A stretch of DNA of 64,000 nucleotides, taken from an uncultured Gemmatimonadaceae bacterium (GTDB lineage Bacteria > Gemmatimonadota > Gemmatimonadetes > Gemmatimonadales > Gemmatimonadaceae). The notes beneath the pieces were generated by a model that was not told the origin of the DNA, made no database searches, and was given only the letters and a program-made list of their open reading frames with translations. Positions within the stretch are counted from its first letter, which is position 1; the number at the start of each line of letters is the position of its first letter. Below are positions 33,307-46,862 of this stretch, in pieces. A program made the position numbers and the translations under genes. The DNA lies in assembly GCA_963751275.1 (NCBI GenBank), contig CAVVTZ010000011.1, positions 128,001 to 192,000 on the forward strand. Reading direction: 5' to 3'.

Positions 33307-35093
33307 GCGGCGGCGCTCCGTTCCGCACGGTGCACCGGACGCACCTGTGCGGCGCGCTCACGGCGGCCGATGCCGGCGCACGCGTGCAGCTCGGCGGCTG
33401 GGTGCAGCGCCAGCGGCCGATGGGCGGCATCGTCTTCCTCGACCTGCGCGATCGCAGCGGGCTCGTCCAGGTCTCGTTCGATCCGTCGTTCGTGGACGCG
33501 GAGACGATCCGCGCCGCCGGGTCGGTGGGGCGTGAGAGCGTGGTGCTCATCGAGGGCGAGGTGGTCGCGCGCCCGCCGGCGATGCGGAACGCCGAGATGG
33601 CTACGGGCGACGTGGAAGTGAAGGCCTCGTCGCTGCGCGTCGTCGGGCCGGCGGACACGCCGGCGATCCCCGTGTCGCTCGGCAAGGGCGAGACGCTGCC
33701 GGCCGAAGAGCTGCGCCTGCGGTATCGCGTGCTCGATCTGCGGCGCCCCGAGATGCAGCGGCAGCTCATCCTGCGGCACCGGCTGATGCAGGTGACGCGC
33801 CAGTACCTGAGCGAGCTCGGCTTCCTCGAGATCGAGACGCCGATCCTCACGAAGCCGACGCCGGAGGGCGCGCGCGACTACCTCGTGCCCAGCCGCGTGC
33901 ATCCGGGCGAGTTCTACGCGCTGCCGCAGTCGCCGCAGCTGTACAAGCAGATGCTCATGGTCGCCGGCTACGACCGCTACTTCCAGATCGCGCGCTGCTT
34001 CCGCGACGAGGACCTGCGCGCCGACCGGCAGCCGGAGTTCACGCAGATCGACATCGAGATGTCGTTCGTCGGCCCCGAAGATGTGTACGCATTCACGGAG
34101 GGCATGGTCGCGGCGCTGTGGGCGGAAGGCGGCGCGCCGGTGAGCCCGCCCTTCGAGCGGATGCGCTACGCCGATGCGATGGAGCGTTACGGCTCCGATC
34201 GCCCCGACCTGCGCTACGGCCTCGAGCTGTACGATGCGAGCGCGCTCTTCCGCGCGACGGACTTCTCGATCGCGCGGACGGTGCTCGACGCGGGCGGCCG
34301 CATCCGCGGCTTCTCGATCCCCGGTGGCGGCGCGCTGTCGCGCAAACAGGTGGATGAGCTCGAGGCGGTGGCGAAGAGCGCGGGCGCGAGCGGATTGCTG
34401 CGCGTGAAGCGCGAGGCCGGCGCGCTCACGGGGCCGGCGGCGAAGTTCCTTGGCGCCGGCGCCGCCGAGGCGCTCTCATTGAACGACGGCGACCTCGCAC
34501 TGCTCGTCGCGGGGCCGGAGCACGTGACGAACCCGGCGCTCGATCGCGTGCGCCAGGAAGCGGCGCGCGTCATGCGGATCGTGCCCGAGGGAGCACGGCG
34601 CTTCGTGTGGATCACGGATTTCCCGGCGTTCGCGAAGGATCCGGCGACGGGCGCGCTCGGGGCGGTGCATCATCCGTTCACGTCGCCGAACCCGGAAGAC
34701 CTGCCGCTCCTCGACACGGCGCCGGAAAAGGCGCGCGCGCTCGCGTACGATCTCGTGCTGAACGGCACCGAGCTCGGCGGCGGCAGCATCCGCATCGCCG
34801 ATCCGGCCCTGCAGAACCGCGTGTTCACGCTGCTCGGCATCGACGACGAAACGGCGCAGCGGCGGTTCGGCTTCCTGCTCGAGGGGCTGCGCTCGGGGGC
34901 GCCGCCGCACGGCGGGATCGCGTTCGGTTTCGACCGCATCGCGATGATGCTGTCGGGTGCGACGTCGCTGCGCGAGGTGATCGCCTTCCCGAAGACCACC
35001 GCCGCGCGCGCCCTGTTCGAGGGATCGCCGGGTCCCGTGCCGGCGGAGGAGCTGCGCGACCTGCATCTGCGCATCGAGGACGGTCCGGCGTGA
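33303..35093 (+). CDS. aspS: aspartate--tRNA ligase
   Basis: RTHLCG, LDLRR, TPEGARDYLVP, LPQSPQLYKQ, FRDEDLRADRQPEFTQ, GGGSIRI, PPHGGIAFG.DR. Confidence 0.97.
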   Translation: MSGGAPFRTVHRTHLCGALTAADAGARVQLGGWVQRQRPMGGIVFLDLRDRSGLVQVSFDPSFVDAETIRAAGSVGRESVVLIEGEVVARPPAMRNAEMATGDVEVKASSLRVVGPADTPAIPVSLGKGETLPAEELRLRYRVLDLRRPEMQRQLILRHRLMQVTRQYLSELGFLEIETPILTKPTPEGARDYLVPSRVHPGEFYALPQSPQLYKQMLMVAGYDRYFQIARCFRDEDLRADRQPEFTQIDIEMSFVGPEDVYAFTEGMVAALWAEGGAPVSPPFERMRYADAMERYGSDRPDLRYGLELYDASALFRATDFSIARTVLDAGGRIRGFSIPGGGALSRKQVDELEAVAKSAGASGLLRVKREAGALTGPAAKFLGAGAAEALSLNDGDLALLVAGPEHVTNPALDRVRQEAARVMRIVPEGARRFVWITDFPAFAKDPATGALGAVHHPFTSPNPEDLPLLDTAPEKARALAYDLVLNGTELGGGSIRIADPALQNRVFTLLGIDDETAQRRFGFLLEGLRSGAPPHGGIAFGFDRIAMMLSGATSLREVIAFPKTTAARALFEGSPGPVPAEELRDLHLRIEDGPA

Positions 35094-36055
35094 GCGACGA
35101 GATCGTCACGCAGCGCGTCAGCGCCGAAGGCGCGGACATGCTCACGCTCGCGGGTGTCAACGACTCCAATCTCGTGGAGCTCGCGCGCCTCTGCAGCGTG
35201 AAGGTCGCGCTGCGCGGTGACACGCTCTCGATCAGCGGCCCGGCGGAGATGGTGGAGCGCGCGATGCCGGTGGCCGTGAAGATGGTCGAGACATCGCGGC
35301 AACAGCTGCCGCTCACGCCGGACGACGTCCTGCGCCTCACGCTCGAGGGACCGGACGCCGGCAACGGGAACGGCGGGCAGCCGGGCGAGCGGCGCATCGT
35401 GCTGCCCGGCCTGCGGCGCGTCATCCAGCCGAAGTCGCCGGGGCAGGCCGAGTATCTGCAACAGATCGCCGACAACGACATCGTGATCGGCATCGGACCG
35501 GCGGGCACCGGAAAGACCTACCTCGCCGTCGCGATGGCGGTGGATGCGCTCTCGCGGAAGCGCGTGCGCCGCATCGTGCTCGCGCGCCCCGCGGTGGAAG
35601 CCGGCGAGAACCTGGGCTTCCTCCCCGGCGATCTGCAGGCGAAGGTGGATCCGTACCTGCGCCCGCTCTACGACGCGCTGGATGACATGATGCCCGTGGA
35701 GCGCGTGCAGAAGCTCCTCGAGACGCGCACGATCGAGATCGCGCCGCTCGCGTACATGCGCGGGCGCACGCTCGCCGATGCGTTCGTCATCCTCGACGAG
35801 GCGCAGAACGCCACGAGCGCGCAGATGAAGATGTTCCTCACGCGCCTCGGCGTGAACTCGAAGGCGGTGATCACCGGTGACACGACGCAGATCGACCTGC
35901 CGTCCACCGAGCGATCGGGATTGCTCGAGGTGGAGCGCGTGCTGAAGGGGATCGACGGGATCGGCTTCCACTATTTCACCGAGGCCGACGTGATCCGCCA
36001 CCGGCTGGTGCGCGAGATCGTGAAGGCGTACGCGCGCGACGGCGGCGCGGCGTAG
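35090..36055 (+). CDS. phoH: PhoH-family ATPase
   Basis: [45 protein letters not shown]. Confidence 0.95.
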   Translation: MSDEIVTQRVSAEGADMLTLAGVNDSNLVELARLCSVKVALRGDTLSISGPAEMVERAMPVAVKMVETSRQQLPLTPDDVLRLTLEGPDAGNGNGGQPGERRIVLPGLRRVIQPKSPGQAEYLQQIADNDIVIGIGPAGTGKTYLAVAMAVDALSRKRVRRIVLARPAVEAGENLGFLPGDLQAKVDPYLRPLYDALDDMMPVERVQKLLETRTIEIAPLAYMRGRTLADAFVILDEAQNATSAQMKMFLTRLGVNSKAVITGDTTQIDLPSTERSGLLEVERVLKGIDGIGFHYFTEADVIRHRLVREIVKAYARDGGAA

Positions 36056-36058
36056 CCG

Positions 36059-38278
36059 ATGGCGACCCGGGTCGGCCCCGAACGGGGGAATGGCGGCGGC
36101 TCCGCGCCCGCGCCGGCGACGCGCGCGTCCCGCGTCGCGTTCCATGCGAAGCGCATTGGGTTGCTCCTGGGCCTCGCGGTCGGGACCTATCTGCTCTTCC
36201 CGGTGGGCGCCGCTGTCGACTCGCCGATCTTCGAGGTCGGCTCGGTCGCCACGCGCGACGTGATCGCGCCGTTCGCGTTCGCGGTGCCGAAGCCGCCCGC
36301 GGATCTGGCGAAGGAGCGCGACGACGCGGCGCGCACGGTGAGCGTGATCCTCGCGTACGACCCGACGGCGCTCGACAGCGCCGATCGCGCGCTCGAGCAG
36401 TTCATGGATTCCCTGAACGCCGCGGCCGTGAAGGCGCCGGGCAGCGCCGAGGCGATCCAGCAGGCGGCGGCACGATCCGGCTCGCCGCTCACGCTGGCCG
36501 AGGCGCAATACCTCGCGTCCGCCGCGCGCCGGCGCGCGATGCGGGACGCGGCCCGGCGCGTGCTCGACCGTGAACTGCCGGCGGGCGTGGCGGGCGCGGG
36601 ATCGCTCGCCGGCGTGCACGGTGAGGTGGTCGTGCACCGCGCCGATGCCGAACGGTCGATGATCGCCGACAGCGTCGCGACGTTCGGCACGCTCCTCGCC
36701 CGCGCGCGCAAGGACCGCCCGGAGTCCGACTCACCGGCGGGGGACAGCGCCTACGTGAAGATCCTCGCGGCAGCGTTCCAGCCGTCGCTCGTACTGGATC
36801 GCGCCGCGACCGAGCAGCGGCGCGCGGACGTGCGCGCGTCGATCTCGCCGTACCTGATGCAGGTGCGCGAGCAGGAGAAGATCATCGGCGCGCACGAAGT
36901 GGTCGGCCGCGCGGAGTACGACAAGATGCGCGCGCTGCACGACGCCACGCAGGGACGGCAGCGCGGCGAGGCGGCGCTGTCGCGGTTCCTGGGCGCGATC
37001 CTCTACAACGCGCTCGTGCTCGCGATCTTCTGGGTCGCGATCGTGCTCTTCCGGCCGGCGCTGTACGACTCGGTGCGCTCGCTGGCGCTGTTCGCCGCGG
37101 TCTTCCTGATCGTGATCGGCGCGTCCGCGGCAGCGGCGCATTGGGCGCCGGGGCGCCCCGAGCTGGTGCCGGTGGCGTTCGCCGCGGTGATCTTCTGCAT
37201 CGTCTTCGATCCGCGGATCAGTTTGATCGCGGCGATGACCCTCGCGGTGCTCGTGGGCGGCCAGGGCGCGTATCGCGGCACCAACGCGCTCTTCATGAAC
37301 CTCATTGGCGGATCGGCGGCCGCCCTGAGCGCGCGCGTCATGCTGCGCCGGACGCAGACCTATCAGTACGTGATCACGATCGCCCTCGCGTATCTCGCGG
37401 CGGCGCTCGCGATCGGCCTCGCGCTCGGCTGGAGCGCGGCGGACATTGGGCGGAGCGGCCTGTTCGGCGTGCTCAACGCCGTCGTCTCCGTGGTGTTCGC
37501 GGTGTTCCTCATCCCGCTCGCCGAGCGGATGACCGGTGTGACGTCGCATTTCACGCTCATCGAATACTCCGACCTGAACCGCCCGCTGCTCAAGCGGCTG
37601 AGCGTCGAAGCGCCGGGCACCTACGCGCACACAATGGCGATGGCGAATCTGGTCGAGGCGGCGTGCAATGCGATCGGCGCGAACGGCCTGCTGGGCCGCG
37701 TGGGCACGTACTATCACGACATTGGCAAGCTGAAGAAGCCGCAGTACTTCGTAGAGAACCAGGCGGGCGGCCGGAATCCGCACGACAAGCTGAAGCCGGG
37801 CACCAGCGTGCAGATCATCAAGGGGCACATCCGCGAAGGGCTCGAGCTCGCGGCGGAACACAAGCTGCCCGCGGCGATCACGTCGTTCATTCCCGAGCAC
37901 CATGGCACCGCGCCGATCACGTATTTCTACGAGAAGGCGAAGGAGCGTGACGGTGCGAACGGCCTGAGCGCGGCCGAGTTCCAATATCCGGGGCCGACGC
38001 CGCAGTCGGCGGAGACGGCGATCGCGATGCTCGCGGATGGCGTCGAGGCATTGGTCCGCGTGCTGAGCGATCCGACGCCGGCGCGCATCCGCGATGTGGT
38101 GGATCACATCGTGCGCCAACGGATCGACCAGGGACAGATGCGCGACGCGCCGCTCACGCTGCGCCAGATCTCCGTGATCAAGGACCAGTTCGTGCGCGTG
38201 CTCGTCGGGATGCACCACGCGCGCATTGAGTACCCGGCGTCGGCGGGCGGTGTGTCGGCGGAATTCACCGCGACGTGA
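36059..38278 (+). CDS. 7TM-HD phosphohydrolase (PgpH-like, c-di-AMP phosphodiesterase family)
   Basis: extracellular domain, about 7 TM helices, EAPGTY.H, YYHDIGK, YFVENQ, EHHGT, YPGP.PQ, MLAD..EA. Confidence 0.9.
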   Translation: MATRVGPERGNGGGSAPAPATRASRVAFHAKRIGLLLGLAVGTYLLFPVGAAVDSPIFEVGSVATRDVIAPFAFAVPKPPADLAKERDDAARTVSVILAYDPTALDSADRALEQFMDSLNAAAVKAPGSAEAIQQAAARSGSPLTLAEAQYLASAARRRAMRDAARRVLDRELPAGVAGAGSLAGVHGEVVVHRADAERSMIADSVATFGTLLARARKDRPESDSPAGDSAYVKILAAAFQPSLVLDRAATEQRRADVRASISPYLMQVREQEKIIGAHEVVGRAEYDKMRALHDATQGRQRGEAALSRFLGAILYNALVLAIFWVAIVLFRPALYDSVRSLALFAAVFLIVIGASAAAAHWAPGRPELVPVAFAAVIFCIVFDPRISLIAAMTLAVLVGGQGAYRGTNALFMNLIGGSAAALSARVMLRRTQTYQYVITIALAYLAAALAIGLALGWSAADIGRSGLFGVLNAVVSVVFAVFLIPLAERMTGVTSHFTLIEYSDLNRPLLKRLSVEAPGTYAHTMAMANLVEAACNAIGANGLLGRVGTYYHDIGKLKKPQYFVENQAGGRNPHDKLKPGTSVQIIKGHIREGLELAAEHKLPAAITSFIPEHHGTAPITYFYEKAKERDGANGLSAAEFQYPGPTPQSAETAIAMLADGVEALVRVLSDPTPARIRDVVDHIVRQRIDQGQMRDAPLTLRQISVIKDQFVRVLVGMHHARIEYPASAGGVSAEFTAT

Positions 38279-38721
38279 CGCTCGTGGTGGAGGTCACGAA
38301 CGATGGCGGGCGCATCCCGCTCACCCGCGCCGATGCGCGGGCGCTCGCCGAACGTGTGCTGCGGGCGGAGGGCGTGCGCGATGCGATGCTCTCGCTGGCG
38401 TTCATTCCGCGGCGCGAGATCAGCGCGATCAACCGGAAGCACCTCCACCGCGCCGGCGCCACCGATGTGATCGCGTTCGGCTTCGCGCCCGCGGGCGCGC
38501 GCGGGCCGGTGATCGGCGATGTGTACGTGTCGCCGGAGGTCGCGCGCGCCAACGCGCGGGAGCTCGGCGTGCCGGTGCGCGAGGAGCTGATGCGCCTCGT
38601 GGTGCACGGAGCGCTGCACATCCTGGGGCACGATCATCCGGAGGGCGCGGATCGCGTGGCGTCGCCGATGTGGCGGCGCCAGGAATCGCTGCTCGCCCGG
38701 TTCGGCCGGAGGACGCGATGA
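38275..38721 (+). CDS. ybeY: rRNA maturation endoribonuclease YbeY
   Basis: TDVIAF, GDVYVS, HGALHILGHDH. Confidence 0.94.
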   Translation: MTLVVEVTNDGGRIPLTRADARALAERVLRAEGVRDAMLSLAFIPRREISAINRKHLHRAGATDVIAFGFAPAGARGPVIGDVYVSPEVARANARELGVPVREELMRLVVHGALHILGHDHPEGADRVASPMWRRQESLLARFGRRTR

Positions 38722-39975
38722 CGTTCCTCGCCGCGTTGATCGCGGTGCTGTCGGCCCTGGTCGCGGCGTGCTGCGCGGCGGCGGACGGGGCGCTCCTCGC
38801 GGCCGGCGGCGCGGCGGCGAGCCTCGCGGGCTCGGGCGAGGGGAGCACGCTCCCGCACGGCGATGCGCGTGACCGCACCCACCGCGCGCTCTCGATCGTG
38901 CGCGTCATCATGCACCTGGTCACGGGCATCGCCGGCGCGCTCGCGCTCGGGCTCGGCGACGGCAGCCGCGTGCTGGCGCCGCTGCTCGCGCTCGTGCTCG
39001 CGCTGGTGATCGTGTATGTCTCGGAATCGGCGCCGCGCGCGTACGGCGAGCGCTCGGCCGCGGCGACCCTCGAGCGGATGGGCAGGTTCGTGCGCGTCAT
39101 CGAGCAGGCGGCGGCGCCGTTCAGCCTCGCCGGCGCGTGGCTCGACGGCCGCCTGATCAAGCTGCTGCCGGTCGCGAAGGCGGACCGCGGCGCGGTGGAT
39201 CCGGGAACCGAGCCCTTCCGAATGGTGTTCGCGACGCAGACCGCGCTGCCCACGGTGCAGCGCGACATCCTGCGGCGGTACTCGTCGCTCGCCGACACCG
39301 AAGTGCAGGAAGTCATGGTGCCGCGCGTGGACATCGTCGGCATTGAGCGGCACACGCCGTGGTCCGAGGTGGTGGACCGCGTGCGGAGCTCACAGCACGC
39401 GCGGCTGCCCGTGTACGACGAGACGCTCGACCAGATCACCGGCATCCTCTTCGCGAAGGACATCCTGCTGCCCGTGATCGATGGCGCCGAGCCGGCGGAG
39501 GGATGGGAGACCAGGGCGCGGCCCGCCGCGTTGATCCCCGAGGGGAAGTCGGCGGAGGCGCAGCTGCGCGACTTCAAGTCGTCGCACAACCACCTGGCCA
39601 TCGTCGTCGACGAGTACGGCGGCACCGCCGGTCTCATCAGCATTCGAGGACATCCTCGAGGAGATCGTCGGCGACATCCGCGATGAGAACGATCGAGACG
39701 AAGCGCCGATCCGCGTGCAGGACGATTCGCGGTTCTGGGTGTCCGGCAAGGTCACGCTCGACGAGCTCTCCGAGGCGCTCGGCCACCAGTTCACGGCCGA
39801 GGATGTCTCCACGGTCGGCGGTCTGGTCTTCCTCCAGTTCGGCAAGGTGCCGAAGCCGGGCGACAGCACGACGATCGACGGTTTCGAGTTCACCGTGGAG
39901 CGCGTGGTGCGACGGCGCGTGGACCGCGTGTTCATCGAGCGCCCGGCGAGCGAGGAGGAGGAGAGCGAAGCATGA
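38718..39975 (+). CDS. CNNM/CorC (hemolysin-family) CBS protein 1, frameshift near 39645
   Basis: TM region, EVMVPRVDI, HARLPVY, AIVVDEYGGTAG, EDILEEIVGDIRDE, CorC_HlyC tail. Confidence 0.88.
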
Positions 39976-41222
39976 GTCTCCACTGGCCGTTCGTGTTCGG
40001 TGCGGTGCTCGTCGTGGCGTTCCTCAGCGCGGCCGCGATGACGCTGCGCGCGATGACGCGGATCTGGGTGCGGCACTGGGTGGAGGCGCAGCTCGCGCCG
40101 GGCGCCGGCGGCGGCGCGCGCGCCGGCGGGTATCTCGCGCAATCGCATCACCTGCTCGCGGTCGCGACGGCGGCGGTGGCGTTCGTGATCGCGCTCACCG
40201 GCGCGCTGCTCGGCACGCAGGCGGAAACCGTGGACGCGCGGTTCATCCTGCGGGCCGCGCTCGTCGCGGCCGCATTCCTGGTGCTCGGCCAGGCGCTCCC
40301 GCGCGCGATCGCGCGCCACTGGGCGCCGCGCCTCGCGTCGCCGCTGCTCCCGATCCTGCGTCTGGCCGCGTGGTCGCTCGCGCCGGTCATGTGGCTGTCG
40401 CGCGCGGCGAGCCGGCGCGGCCAGCGGAACGGCGCGGCGCCGGGCGACCAGCGCGACGAGATCGAGGGGCTGCTGCGCGAGGGGGACATTGAAGGGTTCA
40501 GCGAGCGGAAGGAGCTCGCGTTCATCTCCGAGGTCGTGGAGTTCGGCGAGAAGCAGGTGAGCGAGGTGATGACGCCGCGCACGGCGATCACGGCCGTCGA
40601 TCGCGATCTGCCCGCCGAGGCGATGGCGCGCGCGGTCGCGGAATCGGGCTTCAGCCGCGTGCCCGTGTACCGCGGGTCGCCCGATGAGATCATCGGGATC
40701 GTGCATGTGTACGACGTGCTCGCCACCGCCGGCGAGGTCTGGCCGGAGCTCCGCCCGGTGGCGCACGTCCCGTCGGGGAAGCGTTGCAGCGAACTGCTCT
40801 TCGAGATGCTCGCGGGGCAGCAGCATCTGGCGGTGGTGCTCGATGAACACGGCGGCACGGTGGGCGTCGTGACGCTCGAGGATCTGCTCGAGGAGCTGGT
40901 GGGCGACATTCGCGACGAGCACGATGCGGCGCCGGCATCGATGGCGGCCGGAGCCTCGCCGGTGGTGATCGACGCCTCGACGCCGGTGTTCGACGTGGCG
41001 GCGCGCTTCGACGCGCCGATCGTGCCGGAACCGCACGAGCGCGCCGAGTCGATCGGGGGGCTGCTCGCGCGGCGGCTCAAACGGATCCCGGTGGTGGGCG
41101 AGCGTGTGCGGCTCGCGGGTCTCGAGATCACCGTGGTCGAGGCCGGGCCGTCGCGCGTCGTGCGCTTGCTGGTGCAGCGCGCCGGCGCGGGCAACGCGAT
41201 CGACCTGGACGCGCCGAAGTGA
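39972..41222 (+). CDS. CNNM/CorC (hemolysin-family) CBS protein 2
   Basis: EVMTPR, FSRVPVY, VLDEHGGTVG.VTLEDLLEELVGDIRDEHD. Confidence 0.88.
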   Translation: MSLHWPFVFGAVLVVAFLSAAAMTLRAMTRIWVRHWVEAQLAPGAGGGARAGGYLAQSHHLLAVATAAVAFVIALTGALLGTQAETVDARFILRAALVAAAFLVLGQALPRAIARHWAPRLASPLLPILRLAAWSLAPVMWLSRAASRRGQRNGAAPGDQRDEIEGLLREGDIEGFSERKELAFISEVVEFGEKQVSEVMTPRTAITAVDRDLPAEAMARAVAESGFSRVPVYRGSPDEIIGIVHVYDVLATAGEVWPELRPVAHVPSGKRCSELLFEMLAGQQHLAVVLDEHGGTVGVVTLEDLLEELVGDIRDEHDAAPASMAAGASPVVIDASTPVFDVAARFDAPIVPEPHERAESIGGLLARRLKRIPVVGERVRLAGLEITVVEAGPSRVVRLLVQRAGAGNAIDLDAPK

Positions 41223-42309
41223 GCGCCAAGGCGCCGGCGGCGATGGCCGCCCTGCTCGCGGACTTCGGCGCCCGCAGGCCGGCGGCGCTCGCGCGCGCGG
41301 TGTCCATCGTGGAGAATCACCGCGCAGGGAGCGATGCGCTGCTCGGTGCGCTCCACGCGAAGGTCGGCCGCGCGCGCCGAATCGGCATCACGGGGCCGCC
41401 GGGCGCGGGCAAGAGCACGCTCGTTGTGCGCCTCGCCGCGCTCTGGCGCCAGCAGGGGCTCACCGTGGGCATCATCGCGGTGGATCCCACGTCGCCCTTC
41501 ACCGGCGGCGCACTACTCGGCGACCGGATCCGCATGGAGGAAGTCGCGCTCGATCCCGGCATCTTCATCCGGTCGATGGCCACGCGCGGCGCCCTCGGCG
41601 GGCTCGCCGCCACGTCGCGTGAGACGGCGGATGTCCTCGACGCGTACGGGTTCGACCGGATCATCCTCGAGACCGTGGGCGTCGGCCAGAGCGAGCTCGA
41701 TATCGCGCGCACGGCCGATTCGAGCGTCGTGGTGCTGGTGCCCGAGTCCGGTGATGCCATCCAGACGATGAAGGCTGGCCTCATGGAGATCGCGGACCTC
41801 TTCGTCGTGAACAAGGCGGATCGGCCGGGCGCCGATCGGCTGCGCAACGAGGTGGAGCTGATGCTCGGGCTGCGGCTCGGTCAGATCTTCAAGGACGTGC
41901 CCGCGCATCACGGCGTGCAGATGAAAAGCAAGAATCCCGCCTATGCGGCGCGCAAAGCGGCGCACGTCGACGACGACGCGCGCTGGACGCCGCCGGTGCT
42001 CGCGACCGTGGCCGCGAAGGGCGAGGGCGTGGCCGAGCTCTCCGCCGCACTCGACCGCCATTTCGACTATCTTCAGCGGAGCGGCGGGTTGCGCGACCGC
42101 CGCCGCCAGCGTCTGCGGGAACGGGTGGTGGATGCGGCCGAGCGCCAATTGCGCGCCCGGCTGTGGGACGACGGAGCCGTGAACGCGTGGCTGGAGTCAC
42201 AACTCGACGCGCTCGAGGCCGGTAGTCTCACGCCGTTCGCGGCGGCGGAAGCGCTGCTCGCACGCGGCGCACAGCGGTTGGCCGGTGAAGGAACGCCAAG
42301 GAGCCCGAC

Positions 42310-42313
<4 letters not shown>
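41219..42313 (+). CDS. meaB: MeaB/ArgK GTPase, acyl-CoA mutase chaperone
   Basis: [47 protein letters not shown]. Confidence 0.95.
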
Positions 42314-44005
<1,692 letters not shown>

Positions 44006-44008
<3 letters not shown>

Positions 44009-44794
44009 CCGGCCGGGTCCACTCCGCGCGAGTGGTGGGAGACCCACTTCGACGCGCACTATCTGCGCGAGTACGAGCCGCTCTTCACCGCCGCGCGCGA
44101 CCGTGCCGAGGTCGCGCGGCTCGTCGAGGTGCTGGGCCTCCCGATCGGCGCCCACATCCTGGACGTCCCGTGCGGCCAGGGCCGCCACGCGCACCTGCTC
44201 GCCGAGGCGGGCTATGACGTCACCGGGCTCGACTTCTCCGCCGCGCTGCTCAAGATCGCCCGCGCGCGCGGCACCGGGCCCGGCCTCCGATACGTGCGCG
44301 GCGACATGCGCCGCCTCGACGCGCGCTGGACCGGCCGCTTCGACGCCGTGGTGAATCTCTTCACGTCCTTCGGATTCTTCATCAATCCCGCCGATGACGC
44401 ACGCGTGATCGCGGAGTTCGCGCGCGTCCTCAAGCCGAGCGGCGCGCTCATCTGGCACGGCGGCAGCCGCGACGGCGTCATGGCGCGCTTCCTTGCGCGC
44501 GATTGGTGGCGCAGCGGCGACGGCACGATGATCGCCCACGAGCGCGAGTTCGACCCGCTCAGCGGCATCCTCACTGTGCACGCCGAGTGGCGCGGTCCCA
44601 AGGATCATGGTGCACGCGACCACCGCATCCGGCTCTTCACGGCGAGCCGTCTGGCTGAATTGTGTGCGGCTGCCGGCCTCATCGTGGAGCAGGCGTTCGA
44701 GGGATGGAGCGCTGCGCCGCTCACCCGCCGCTCGCCGGAGATGCTCCTCGTCGCGCGCAAGGATGAGTTGCCGCGCACGCCGCGCAGACGCTAG
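44006..44794 (+). CDS. class I SAM-dependent methyltransferase
   Basis: WWE..F...[36 protein letters not shown]; start codon unresolved. Confidence 0.85.
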
Positions 44795-44837
44795 ACTTAG
44801 AGGCGCTTGCACCCGCCCACTTCCCACACTGCCTGAG

Positions 44838-45251
44838 ATGCCGCGACCCATTCGCGTCCTGGTCGCCAAGCCCGGCCTCGATGGCCACGACCGGGGCGCC
44901 AAGGTCGTCGCCGCCGCGCTGCGCGATGCCGGGCATGGAGGTCATCTACACCGGCCTGCACCAGACGCCGGAGATGATCGCGAACGCGGCCGTCCAGGAG
45001 GACGTGGACGTGGTGGGCCTCTCGATCCTGAGCGGCGCGCACATGACGCTCTTCCCGCGCGTGCTCGAGCTGCTGCGCAGCGCCGGACGCGACGACATCC
45101 TGGTCACGGGCGGCGGCATCATCCCGCAGGAGGACATTGACGAGCTGCAGCGGCGCGGCATCGGGAAGCTCTTCGGGCCGGCACGAGAACGTCCGACCTC
45201 GCGGACTACATCCGCGAGTGGTTCGCCGAGCGCCAGCGGCAGGACGCGTGA
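44838..45251 (+). CDS. cobalamin-binding small subunit of acyl-CoA mutase, frameshifted
   Basis: [17 protein letters not shown] (DxHxxG), [25 protein letters not shown]. Confidence 0.92.
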
Positions 45252-46862
45252 CCGCTCGGCTCCGCGCGCTCGCCGGCGAGGTCCGCGCGCTCGAGTCCAA
45301 GCTGCGGCAGGGGGGCGGCGTCGAACGGATCGCCCGCCAGCATGCGCAGGGGAAACTCACCGCCCGTGAGCGCGTCGCCGGTCTCTGTGACCCGGGCGCG
45401 CGCTTCATCGAGATCGGGCTGCTCGTCGCCTACGACCAGTACGACGGACAAGCGCCGGGCGCCGGCGTCGTCACCGGCGTCGGGCTCGTGCACGGACGCG
45501 AGGTGGTGGTGGTCGCGAACGATGCGACGGTCAAGGCCGGCTCGTGGTGGCCCGAGACGATCCGCAAGATCCTGCGCGCGCAGGAGATCGCGATGCGCTG
45601 CCGGGTCCCCATTGTGTATCTCGTGGACTCCGCCGGCGTGAACCTGCCATACCAGGGCGGCGTATTCCCGGGGCAGTATGGTGCGAGCCGGATCTTCTAC
45701 TACAACTCGCTCATGCGGCGCTACCTGCACATCCCGCAGTTCGCGGCGGTGATGGGGCAGTGTGTCGCGGGCGGCGCATATCTGCCCGCACTCTCCGATG
45801 TCATTCTCATGGTGGAGGGCAGCTCGTTCATGGGGCTCGGTGGTCCGAACCTTGTGAAGGGCGCCACCGGGCAGGTGGTCGACTCCGAGACGCTCGGCGG
45901 CGCGGTGATGCACACGGAGATCTCCGCCGTCGCGCATTATCGCGAGAAGGATGACGCCACCTGCTTGGCGCGATTGCGCGCGCTGATCGAGCGGCTCCCC
46001 GCGCCGGTGCGCCGCGCGCCGCGCGCATCGCTGCCGCCGGCCGCGGATCCCGAGACGATCTACGACATCCTGCCCGCGGATCACCGCAACTCGTATGACA
46101 TGCGCGCGGTGCTCAAGGCGATCGTGGATGGTGGCGCGCTCGATGAATTCCAGCGCGACAACGCGCGCGAGATCCTCTGCGCGGACGCGACGATCGATGG
46201 CATCGCGGTGGGGATCATTGCGAATGCGCGCGGCCTCGTGAAGTCGCCGCCCGACACGCCCTCGCGCTTCGGCGGGATCATCTACGCCGAGAGCGCGGAG
46301 AAGGTCGCGTACTACATCGACCGTTGCGATCGCCAGGGATTGCCGCTGCTCTTCGTGCAGGATGTATCGGGATTCATGGTGGGCCCGGACGCCGAACGGG
46401 GCGGGATCATCCGCGCGGGCGCGCGGTTCGTCGAGGCGATGGCCACCGCGACCGTACCGAAGATCGTGCTCACGGTGAATCACGCGTCGGGGGCGGGCTA
46501 CTACGCGATGGCGGGGCAGGGCTTCGATCCCGACTTCATCTTCAGCTGGCCCACCGGGCGCATGGGCGTGATGGAGGGCGAATCGGCGGTGCAGGCGGTG
46601 CACGGGCCCGCGCTCGACGAGGCGAAGAAGAAGGGGAAGAAGCCGGGGCCCGAGGTCGAGGCGGCGACGGAATCGATGCGCGCCGACTACGAGCACCAGC
46701 TCGACGCGCGCTACGCCGGCGGCGCGCGGCTACGTCGACGCGATCATCTATCCCGAGGAGACGCGCGACGTGCTCGCGATGGCGTTCCGCACGTCGCTGC
46801 AGAATCCCGGACCGCATCTCGGCGCCTTCGTGCTGCCCGCGCACCTGGGAGAGCGCGCGTGA
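45248..46862 (+). CDS. acyl-CoA carboxylase carboxyltransferase subunit (MccB/LiuB/AtuC-like), frameshift near 46720
   Basis: [55 protein letters not shown]. Confidence 0.9.
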
